A stretch of DNA of 60,246 nucleotides, filler included, from Bonamia ostreae (lineage: Eukaryota): assembly GCA_040357525.1 (NCBI GenBank). It is 12 parts of 12 records of this genome, joined end to end, with 100 filler letters (N's around TTAATTAATTAA, not from the genome) between each part and the next. Parts side by side here need not be neighbours in the genome. Positions count along the whole stretch, not along the records: positions 1 to 4,979 come from JBDODL010000244.1; positions 5,080 to 10,053 come from JBDODL010000245.1; 10 more parts are not named here. The stretch is one strand, 5' to 3'. Under the pieces are notes generated by a model. It did no database searches. It was not told the DNA's origin and was given only the letters and a program-made list of their open reading frames with translations. The position numbers and the translations under genes were made by a program. Below, piece by piece: positions 1 through 10,153 of this stretch (position 1 is the first letter of the stretch; each line of letters opens with the position of its first letter).

Positions 1-79
1 TGATTTCTAAATTTTTTAATATAAATGTTAATATTTTTGATATTTTGATTTTTTAAAATTGATTATTAATAATTTTAAG

Positions 80-608
80 GCGATATGTTAACAATGATAG
101 AAATATTTGAAGAATTTGAAAGACAAAGGGAATCTAAAAATTGGTGCTACAAAAATTGCATTAACCGAAAAATGATCTTAAAAGCCAAAGTTTTGACTAA
201 AATTTCCTCAAATTTTTTTGCCAAATTTTTATAAAAAAATTTGCGTAATTTTAAAATTTCGTTTGTTGATGTAATTTGACAAAACAGAAAATAAGGAAAC
301 AACTTAGACAATACATAAACTGCAAAAAATCGCAAAACGATAACGAAAAAGACGAAAACGCCGTTAGAAAATCGTTGTCGACAGGATTCTTTGTGAACAT
401 TGCGATTTTGAAATCGGACAAATCTTACAAAACGTTAATAAACAATCAAACCGTTAAAATACATCCCTCTTCTGTTTTTCATGGAAGAAAACCCGAGTGT
501 GTCTTATTTTCGGAGTTGATAAAAACTAAAATTTGCTATATAAAAAATTTGACTTTATTTGATCGGAAATGGTTGACCGAAGTGGCCCCTTTTTATTTTG
601 AGTCGTGA
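80..608 (+). CDS. DEAH-box RNA helicase C-terminus (HA2/OB-fold), DHX33/Dhr2-like; 5'-truncated; exons 80-189, 288-608
   Basis: Spliced GDMLTMIEIF...WCYKNCINRK..KIRKQL...IHPSSVF..KPECVLFSELIKT...WLTEVAPFYF; intron 190-287 is GT..AG. Confidence 0.8.
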
Positions 609-703
609 AGAATAAATTTAATTTTTGCAAATTTACAAATTTTTAAAATCGCAATTAGTAAAGTTATGATAAAACCGTAAATAGAAAATATTAGCCAAAC
701 GAA

Positions 704-2144
704 ATGTTGCCACAAAAAAGAAACAGAAAATCAGTTATTCCATCGCTTACAGAAGAACAGAAAAAGCTCTCGAAACGGGGAACAATCGGACAACACCAAT
801 TGCATATTTTATCAAAGAAAACATGGCATGTTTGGAACGAAGACAATTTGGAACGTGTTGAAAGGGACGAAAAATTGAATGAGGAGAGGATCGAACAACA
901 AAAAAAGAAACGTCTTATAGACGAGAGAGAAGAGAGGCTGAGGCAACTTCGGTCAATCAGTGGAATTGAAACGGAAAAGAAGGATAAATTATATGATAAA
1001 GATGGCCATGTCAATTTATTTGAAGTTTTATATTTTGTAAATTTTACAAATACGACAAAATTTTAATTTTTGGGAAATGTTAAAAAAATCGAAAATTGTA
1101 AAAAATTGTAATTTTTAGGAATTTTTGAGAAAATTAAAAAAACGAAAATTGTAAAAATTGTAATTTTTAGGAATTTTTGGGAAAATTAAAAAAAACGAAA
1201 AATGTAAAAATTGTAATTTTTAGGAATTTTTGGGAAATGTTAAAAAAAACGAAAAATGTAAAAATTGTAATTTTTAGGAATTTTTGGAAAATTAAAAAAA
1301 CGAAAATTGTAAAAAATTGTAATTTTTAGGAATTTTTGGGAAAATTAAAAAAAAAACGAAAAATGTAAAAATTGTAATTTTTAGGAATTTTTGGGAAAAT
1401 TAAAAAAAACGAAAAATGTAAAAATTGTAATTTTTGACAAAATAGCAAATTTTCGTCAAAATTTAATAAAATTAACAACGATAAAATTTTTGACAAAAAA
1501 AATAATAACGAAAATAAAAATTATAAAGACGATATCGAAAAACGAAGGAACAAAAAAAGAAAACAAAAACGACAAAATATTTTTAGGCGAAACCACATTA
1601 AAAAACAAACCTTGGTACTCCCTAAACAAAAGAGATTTTCTACAAAAAACAAAAGAACCGATTGTAGAGAGACCTTTTTTTATCAAAAACAAAAACAAAA
1701 ATCGCGACAAAATTTTAAAATCAAAACGACAAAAAAGATTGAATGAAGCCGATCCGATTTTTGAAATGAAAAAGTTATTAGACAAAAACAAAAAACGCTC
1801 AAAAAATTCAAAAAATGATCACAAAAAATTAAACGATTTTTCGAGAATCGAAAACGATCGATTTAAAAGAAGAAAAAATTTTAGAAATGAAAAGAGAGAA
1901 AGATTAAAAGCAATCAAAAAGGGGACTTTTGGGGTTATCAAACAAACTTTAAATAACGATTTTATAAACTTTGAAAAAACAAATTTAAAGAAAAAAGTTT
2001 TTATCTAAAATTTTAGAAAAACAAAAAAAGCTTAAACGACCTTCGAAAAGACAGAATTAAAAGGGAATTAAAAGAAAGAGAAAAAGTCGCAAAATTACTT
2101 TCTGTTTTTTTTTAATTTTAAACTAAAAAAAGCTTTCAAAATGA
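704..2144 (+). CDS. LENG1: LENG1-like protein (Cir_N domain); introns 1025-1528, 1997-2016, 2104-2132
   Basis: HILSKKTWHVWNEDNLERVERDE, GHVNLFE, FLGET..KPWY, DPIFEMK and LRKDRIKRE motifs join in frame across GT-AG introns. Confidence 0.75.
1067..1436. repeat. Intronic tandem repeat, about 7 copies of a 52-55-bp unit (TTTTGGGAAAATTAAAAAAAACGAAAAATGTAAAAATTGTAATTTTTAGGAA)
   Basis: TTTTTAG recurs with its G at 1118, 1170, 1223, 1277, 1329, 1384. Confidence 0.95.
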
Positions 2145-2271
2145 ACTCCCATTTTTCAAAAATTAAATTTTCAAACACTTATTATAAAATATTATATGTA
2201 ATTTTATTAATATTTTAAAATAATGTCGTTAATTGTAAGCTCAAAATGCAAAATATGTAAATTATGTGCAT

Positions 2272-2571
2272 TCAATAAATATCGTCAATGGTGTCATTAA
2301 GAACTTGTTCGTTGAAAAATTGTTGTTTGTCGTCAGTTTGCTTTCGTTGTAATTGCTGATATTGACAGACGCAGAAATGTTTAATAATGAAAAAGAATAG
2401 ATTTGATAGAATATAAATCACGACTAAAGAAGCCATTATTGCTAGAGCGTAATAAATCAATACGACGTAATTGCTGATCGGGTCGATCGTCGTAAGATCA
2501 AAAATCTTTTTCATCGATTTGTGCTCAACGATATATTTCGGCACTTTCATTTTTTCTTTTAATTTATCCAT
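2272..2571 (-). CDS. Hypothetical 99-aa membrane protein
   Basis: ATG-started ORF with one long hydrophobic segment (YVVLIYYALAIMASLVVIYILSNLFFFII). Confidence 0.55.
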   Translation of the reverse strand: MDKLKEKMKVPKYIVEHKSMKKIFDLTTIDPISNYVVLIYYALAIMASLVVIYILSNLFFFIIKHFCVCQYQQLQRKQTDDKQQFFNEQVLNDTIDDIY

Positions 2572-2766
2572 TTTTCGGGTTTGTTCAGATAATGATTTTA
2601 TAGAAGATTACTATATAATTAAACATTCTTGTTATATCTTAAAGCTTTTTTAATGTTTTTGTAAAGTTGTCGATGTGTTATAATTTTCGATGTGTTATAA
2701 TTAAAATCGAAGATGTCATTTTTATGAATTCAAGATTTATTAAATTTGTCTATATTTTAAGCTCTA

Positions 2767-3840
2767 ATGGATAGATTCAAAAAACTTGGAAAAATAGGAC
2801 AAGGAGCACACGGCACGGTAATAAAATGTGAAAGAAAAAAAGTGGTTTTGTCAACCATTTCTTTCCAGAATGAACTTGAAAATTCGAAGAAGGAAATAGT
2901 TGCAATAAAGAAAATGAAATTTTCTTATTTGTCCAACGAACAAGGACTCGCATCTCAGGTCATAAGAGAGTTGATGTACGTGCAAGAATTGCGACATGAA
3001 AACATAGTTCGGGTTTTAGGACTTTGCGCTTTTTATTCTGATATACCAAAAATCAAATGGCGATTTTTTATAAAATAGTTGTACGAAGTGTTTCCTCATC
3101 ATAAGTCGCTAAACTTAGTTTTCGAATATGTGCCCTTCAACCTCGAAGAAATCATTCATCGCGAGCGCTTCAGCTTTTCAGACGCGAACGTGAAATCTTT
3201 CTGCAAAATGCTTCTTTCCGCCATCGCGCATTGCCATTCGAAATGGGTTTTGCACAGAGACATTAAACCTTCGAACTGTCTTGTAAGCTGTTCCGGCGTT
3301 TTAAAAGTAGCCGATTTTGGCCTCGCGAAGCAATTCGGCAACCTCGAACAAGCTTTGTCGCCTGAAGCGTGTACGCTGTTCATATCAAATTTCAATTTTA
3401 AAGGTGGTACAGAGCTCCAGAGCTATTGTTCGGTTCGCGTCTGTACGGCGAAGCGATGGATTTGTGGGCGGTTGGTTGCGTCTTCGGCGAAATGCTTTCG
3501 AGAAAAGTGCTGTTCCCGGGCGACAGAACAGTCATAAGTCAACTGAGCGCGATTTTTGCTATTAGAGGATCCCCGGATGAGGGCAAATGGCCGGTAACTT
3601 GTTTTGAATTTAAAGGGCGTGACAACGTTGCCGAACTATTTTGAGTTTGAAAAAACAGCGGAAGTCGATCTAAGAACGATTTTTCCGCTGGTTGGCGAAG
3701 AAGCTCTGGATTTATTGAATAAAATGTTGTGTTTGGATCCGAATAGAAGAATCACAGCAGAAGATGCTCTAAAACACGAATATTTTGAAAGGAATCCTAA
3801 AGAACAAAAAATGAAGTTTGGCGAAAAAGATGAAATTTAA
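2767..3840 (+). CDS. CDK7: Cyclin-dependent kinase, CDK7/Kin28-like; introns 2845-2868, 3013-3078, 3378-3403, 3594-3615
   Basis: [61 protein letters not shown], spliced [17 protein letters not shown]. Confidence 0.85.
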
Positions 3841-4678
3841 AAGTGATTTTCATATTTTTGTGTAAATAAAATTTATAAATTAACTCACTTTTTCGTCACA
3901 AATTAATTTATATTAATGTGATATTAGTAAATTTTTATAATCAAAATCAATTTTGTTAAAAAAATTGAAAAAAAGTAATGTTTTTAAATTTGATATTTCT
4001 AAAACAAATTAAATTTTACGTAAATTTTAACAAAATATTTTACAATTTAAAATTAAATTTTCTGCAATTTTTTCAATTTTCAATTATAATAATGCTTTAT
4101 TTTGTGCGCTTTATTTTTTATTTAATTTTACAAATTTGTAATTTTTGTTAAGTTTTTATTTGACATTTTCAGTTTTTTTCCCGCAATTTGAAAAATTGAT
4201 TCTAAAATGATATTGAAATTTTGTTGTAGATTTTATTTTCATCATATTAAATTTAAATTCTTTTTATTCCTATCTAATCTTTTATTTTTTGTATATTCAT
4301 AGTTAATTGTGTACCGTTATGTATTCAAAGCCATTTTAAATTATAAATTTTGATATTTTTATTCGAGAGTGATGACATTGATATTTTATATCCTCTGATT
4401 TTTATTTCCGTCTGTAAATTTTAAATTGATATTTAATAATTTTGGCTCATGAACCAAGTCATTTTTATTTTACATTTGAATGAAAATCGATCATTCGAAT
4501 TTTGCATTTCGAAATGATTTTAAAATTAATTTTGTTATTTTTTAAAATAACAAATTAAAAAATTTCACTGACGTCTTTTTTACTTCAACGATTTTTGTTA
4601 TTTTCCATTCGAAAAAAATTCAATTTTGTTAAAAATTTTATTAAAGAAATTTATAGCAAATCTGGATATATCAAAATA

Positions 4679-4949
4679 ATGAGCTCGAGATATAAAGTCC
4701 TACCGACTTTTAAGAATGAAAGTAACTCAGCTCCAAACGAATATTGGAAACCAGGAGCGGCTGCGCCTGGAACGGATATTTTGCAAACGGAAGAAAACTT
4801 TTTCGTTTACAACCCAAAAGCTCATCTGGCAATAAATAGCCAGAAAAGACTTTTGCCAATCGCAAACCGCAGAAATGAACTTCTATACGCAGTCGAAACT
4901 CACTCAGTAACAATTGTTGTCGGCGAAACGGGAAGTGGAAAAACCACTC
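4679..4949 (+). CDS. DHX35: DEAH-box helicase DHX35-like, first exon (3'-truncated by contig end)
   Basis: YWKPGAAAPG, VYNP..HLAINSQKRLLPI...LLYAVE, Walker A GETGSGKTT; donor GTTTTT at 4950. Confidence 0.8.
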
Positions 4950-4979
4950 GTTTTTAGTCAAAAAGCAATTTTGTCTATA

Positions 4980-5079
4980 NNNNNNNNNNNNNNNNNNNNN
5001 NNNNNNNNNNNNNNNNNNNNNNNTTAATTAATTAANNNNNNNNNNNNNNNNNNNNNNNNNNNNNNNNNNNNNNNNNNNN
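4980..5079. other. Artificial contig spacer N44-TTAATTAATTAA-N44; the same spacer starts at 10054, 15126, 20190, 25224, 30256, 35275, 40286, 45291, 50290, 55271
   Basis: Identical 100-nt block with a six-frame stop linker, 11 times. Confidence 0.99.
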
Positions 5080-5205
5080 CTTTAAAGTTGCTATACAAGG
5101 TATGGAAAACAAAAAGGAAAATCCTCCAAAACAGGTTGTGGATTCTTTATAGCAATAAATCAAATATAAATTCCACCAAAAATTATCACAAAACAACGAA
5201 AGATG

Positions 5206-8201
5206 TTATTCAGCTCCAAAAGCAAACTCTGCAACCAATTGAATGTGATCCGACGCGAAGCGCGGTGAAGGGAGAGCCAAGTGCTCCTTTAAAACATTCT
5301 CTGGATAGCAGTCCAGTACCTTCAACACTTCCAAGCTGCCCTTCGAGAACAGCAGATAGTCCAGACAGCCTTTGAACGACTCCGTGTAGTTTGTGTAGCT
5401 CGGCTCCTTGTTCAACACTTCCTTGTACGCTGACTCGAAAGGCTTTGCTTAGCTCAATCAAACCTGCGAATGCTCGATTTTCGTGTTCGAGAAGATGCCC
5501 AGTTTGTCGTTTTTGAACAGCTGCGCGTTCAAGTCGACGATGCCTTTCGTGAGCAACCCGTAGACCTGCGAGTCCGGCGTCGAATTAAAGTCGCCACAGA
5601 TAATTATCGGGTACTTTTGCTCGTTGGAACTGTTTCCAAACAACAATTTGGATCTTTTGGTCAGTCAAGTTTATCAAAATTTTCATTCGAAAAATAATAT
5701 TTTTTAGACAAATAATATTTTTTCAAACAAAATCTTCAAAAATAATATTCTTTGAACAAATAATGTTTTTTCAAACAAAATCTTCAAAAATAATATTCTT
5801 TCAACAAATAATATTGTAGCAAATAATGTAAAGCGAAAAGACGCTCCTTTGCACTGGCGGCTGACCCAGCGAAAATCGGAACGGCATCGAAGTGCAACGA
5901 CAACGCCCACCGACCAAAACCCTCCAACGCTCCGCGAACTTGGAACCATTAAATCCCGTTCACTCTGCAAATGCGTTGCAACCCAATAGACTTCGCGAGC
6001 GCAAGTCGGCACTCGACCTGAAGCCGTCAGACCCAATCGATTTTTAAAGCGACTTATTAAAAAATGACTGGATTTCCTTGCAGAGGACGAACGTCTGCCA
6101 CAGCTTGACGTCCTCGTACAAAGGGTCCCAGAAAATGTGCGTGTTGGCCACGCACACGCGCCTCTTCGTCCGCAGGTCTTCCAGCGTGCACACCAGCGCC
6201 ACGTTGTCCCGCGCCAGCCTGCGCACGATCTCCTTCCGCGGCCCGTCCGAGTCGCGGAAGAGCTCGTCCGCGGCCTCGTTGAACTCGATCGTGAACTGCT
6301 GCACCAGCCGGAACACGCTCTTGTCGAAGAACAGCGCGCAGCCGTCCACCGCGTTCGGGTCGCTGTACAAGCTCGTCCGCGTCTTCTTCTTGAAGATGCC
6401 CTCGTAGTTGTACAGCATCAGCTGCTTGCTGAAGAAGTTGCAGTAGTGCGAGTACTGCACCTCCTGCAGACACACGACGTGGCTGCGATAGCGCGCGATC
6501 TCGTTCAGGACGATTTCGCAGCGGTAGTCCCAGCGCAGGAAGCGCTTCTGCACGTAGGGATAGGCTTTCTCGGTCGCGTAGATGTCGGCGAGGACGTTGA
6601 AGGACATCACCTTTAGGTCACGGAGCGAACCCGGAACACCGATTCGCGCTTGAAGTTGCTGAGGTTCAGCGTGTCGTTGGAGACGAAGCGGCGCAGCGGG
6701 AGCATCTCGAAGCGCGGCAGCACGGGGCTGGACCAGCAGCGCGCGGTGGAGCCGACGCGGGCGAGCGTCTTCCGGTCGACGAGGGTGCACTCGGCCAGAA
6801 TCTGGCGCCCTGAAAGTGGGATTCGGAACCTTCGTCGTGGGCGGTCGGAGTGTATTTCTGCGACTGGGAGCACTCCGCCCAGATGTTCGAGATGATCGGA
6901 GGGAAGTACTGGCTCAGACCTACCAAGTTCTCCATGTTCCCGTGTTGTTTCAGTCCGTCTTCGTAGTCTTTCTTGTTCAAACTCGTCTTTATTGATTTTT
7001 TGACGAATCGTTTTCAAACAAAATATTTTTTTATGTTCAATCAAAATAAGAACAAATTTTTTGACGATTCGTTGTTCAATCAAAATAAAATTTTTTGACG
7101 ATTCGTTGTTCAATCAAAATAAGGTTTTAAAATTTTTTGACGAATCGTTGTTCAATCAAAATATGTTTTGACGAATCGTTGTTCAATCAAAATATGGTTT
7201 TAAAATTTTTTGACGAATCGTTGTTCAATCAAAATAAGGTTTTAAAATTTGTATATTTAAGGATTGTCAAACTAGCAACAACATTTTTGGTCCTCATTGG
7301 AATTGCCATTTTAAAAAATTGGCATTTCCTTAATAAATTTTAAGATATAGGCAGTCTATATCCGATAAATAACAGATGGCGCTTAATGAAAACTTGGAAT
7401 GCGGCAGACCCTCTTTTGATCAGTTTGTCGCTTTTCCGCGTTAAAAGTTCAAAGTCGCCGTCGTGCTCGTTCCATTGCAGAGATTTCGTCGGCGTTGACT
7501 TTTTGAGCCGGTCTTCGTGTATTTGCTTGTGCGAAGGCCAGAGCAACTTTAATTATTTCGAAAACCTCCAGATGCTCCAAAGAGCAAAAATAAGAGTTGT
7601 ATTGCGAAATGCGCAATTTGACGCACGTGATGCACTGCACCTCCGCGCTTTTGGCGCAATTCTTCACACAGCATATTCTCTTGATTCCTCTGAACCACTT
7701 CACATCGCAATCGTAAAAGTCTTCCTGGTGTTCCAACTTGCCGCTGTCGGTTATCACGTCGATTCCGGCCTTCATTTTCGTCCCGACGATCGGAGGGTCG
7801 AAAACGAGTTTTATCTGAACTATTTCAGAGCGTGTGACCGCAGAAGGCTCAAAGCTCGGATTTGCGTGTTTATGGGCAGGGTTGATCGGGACTCGTTTCG
7901 AGTTGTCCGCGGTGTTCGGGTTGTATATCGGGAGAGCTTTGGATTTGCTTTTCTGGTGCAGATCTGGCATTTGTCGAATGGGACTGATTAGTCCGTGGTG
8001 CGAGGAGAGCGAGGAACGAGAATACGAAGGTTTTTCCGAAAAGTTTCCTATTGCGTCTGGAGAGCAATTAGATTTATTGGACTTAAAACCCGGGGAAAGG
8101 TTTTGATTGTCTGTGAATCTTTTTTGCGATGAATCCTTCGCCTGGTTCTGATTACTTGGCGAATTCTCGATCGTTTTCAAGTTAAAGTTACTTTCATTCA
8201 T
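5206..8201 (-). CDS. CCR4: CCR4-family deadenylase (EEP domain) with N-terminal Cys-rich zinc module, plant CCR4a-like architecture; introns 7547-7565, 6987-7393, 6810-6829, 6611-6630, 5654-6068, 5443-5463
   Basis: CITCVKL...SYFCS, YTPTAHDEG, VMSFNVLAD, CLQEVQ, DGCALFF, ANTHIFWDP..DVKLWQ, ICGDFNSTPDS, YTNYT..FKGCLDY, SDH. Confidence 0.9.
5692..5826. repeat. Intronic tandem repeat (AAATAATATTTTTTCAAACAAAATCTTCAAAAATAATATTCTTT-type, ~48-bp period)
   Basis: Directly visible, within CCR4 intron 5654-6068. Confidence 0.85.
6995..7249. repeat. Intronic tandem repeat, about 7 copies of TTTTTGACGAATCGTTGTTCAATCAAAATA variants
   Basis: Directly visible, within CCR4 intron 6987-7393. Confidence 0.9.
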
Positions 8202-8290
8202 TAATAACTCGCTGGCTAAATATTTACATTGTGTTTCCTAATAAAAACGAATTGATTGTATTTGAATTTAATATTTTGAGACAGATATGT

Positions 8291-8363
8291 GCCTCCGTAG
8301 CATAGTGGTTATTGCGTCTGCCTTGTAAGCAGAAGGTCACGAGTTCGAATCTCGTCGGAGGCT
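8291..8363 (+). tRNA. tRNA-Thr(UGU)
   Basis: GCCTCCG/CGGAGGC acceptor stem, TCTGC-CTTGTAA-GCAGA anticodon arm, GTTCGAATC T loop, T-run downstream. Confidence 0.95.
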
Positions 8364-8529
8364 TTTGTCTTTTTGGTCGTAAAATTTAAAGACGTCATTG
8401 GTTCGCTGGAAAATAAAACTAAAATTGCGAGAAAATTTGACTTTTTGATGCGAAGAAAATTCATGAGTACACCTATTTTAATTTACATCATCCTTTAAAA
8501 TTGGGTGTAAAATTAAGCAAATATTCAAA

Positions 8530-8946
8530 ATGTTGCGGGATGTAAATCCCTTCCATCAAAAGATATTTAAGTCAGATTTTCAAAAACAAAGAATCATCAA
8601 AAACCAGTAAATTAAATTTTTATAAATTTTCGGGAAAATGCATCCATACTTCCATGGCACGACCCAAAAAAACTTAAGAAAAGAAGAACTTAATATCGAT
8701 AGCAATGTATGCGAAATTTTAGATTTAAAGAGCAAAGAGAAAGAAAGAACAACCTATTTTGCAGAAAAAGCATTTGAAGTACCAAACAAAACAGATTGCT
8801 GCCAGTATGAAAACTTATTAAGAAAGAAAAATATCAAGCAATGCAGAAGATGCTATGGCTTCGAACATACTGCAAAATGAGGATATTTGGGACTATGCTC
8901 TTCCTGCCGCGAAGAAACAGAATGCCGGAAAAAAGGCGAACATTAA
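8530..8946 (+). pseudogene. Probable disrupted gene for a small CxxC...CxxC zinc-finger protein
   Basis: Three same-frame segments, separated by a 27-nt GT...CGG intron-like spacer (8607-8633) and an in-frame TGA (8878-8880) between CRRC and CSSC. Confidence 0.45.
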
Positions 8947-9073
8947 AAAATAATCTCTGCTCTTTATATTTCATCCTTTGTGCATTTTATCCATTAGAAA
9001 TCGAAATTTATTGAAAAAAGTAAAATTTGGCAATCTGCAATTTTGGAACGCCACGATAGAATTTGCAGTCAAA

Positions 9074-10053
9074 ATGTTAATCGCTGTCATGGCTTTTTCT
9101 ACGCTTGTGCTGTCGAGAGCTAGCCATTCCAACAATTGGGCTGTCATCGTTTTATCCCACACCACCCAAAAGCTCAGCACTTCTAAATATTGGTTCAATT
9201 ACCGACACTCCGCCAACGCCCTTTCCATCTACCACATTCTGAAAGAAAACGGCATCCCCGACAGCCAGATCATCCTAATGTTGCCCGAAGACACCGCCTG
9301 CGACAGGAGAAACGTCTTCCCCGCGAGCGTTTAGTCCATCACCCAACAGATTTTCAACGAGAACGGCGGCGCGAACCTCGTCTCCGACCAAATCGAAGTC
9401 GACTACAGAGGAGACGAAGTGACGGTCGAAAACTTTATCCGCGTCTTGACCGGTTCCATTCCCAAACGTCAGGGCGGCACCACAGACACACCCCCATGTC
9501 CAAGCGACTCAACACCGACGGCTCCTCCAACATTCTCGTCTACATGACCGGCCACGGCGGCGAGAACTTTTTGAAGTTCCGAGACAAGGAGGAGATCCAG
9601 AGCCAGGACTTGGCCGACGCGATCAAACAGATGGAGATCCAAGGGCGCTTCAACGAGATTCTGCTGGTGACCGACACCTGCGAAGCGTTCAGTCTGTACA
9701 AGTCGCTCTACTCCGCGAACGTCATCGCCGTCGCTTCGAGCGACGTGGGCGAGAGCTCCTACTCGGTTTTGTTTCCTGACCGGCTAGTACGGCTACGACA
9801 CGAACATCGGCAACACGCTCATCGACCGGTTCACGCACTTCACGCTCAAGTTTTTCCAGCGGAGGGGGAGCATCAAACAGAAGATCGCGCGCTACGTTGG
9901 TTCGCTCACTTTAAGTTTGAGTTCGTGCGCAATCAGGATTTGCGCTCCACGCCCAAAATCGCCGTGTACTCTTTGGACCGGAAACTAGAGTCGGTCATTC
10001 TCGCGGACTTTTTCGGGTCCCGAATCGAAGCGGTTCTGACCGACGAAAGGACC
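9074..10053 (+). CDS. GPI8: GPI transamidase catalytic subunit GPI8/PIG-K (peptidase C13), 3'-truncated; introns 9149-9172, 9329-9349, 9453-9472, 9766-9787, 9896-9915
   Basis: Signal peptide, [68 protein letters not shown]. Confidence 0.95.
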
Positions 10054-10153
10054 NNNNNNNNNNNNNNNNNNNNNNNNNNNNNNNNNNNNNNNNNNNNTTA
10101 ATTAATTAANNNNNNNNNNNNNNNNNNNNNNNNNNNNNNNNNNNNNNNNNNNN

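Noticed and set aside
6057-6616. Several overlapping long ORFs in alternative frames (also 9190-9470, 32340-32723)
   Set aside because: Expected from stop-codon depletion in GC-rich coding DNA; no recognisable motifs
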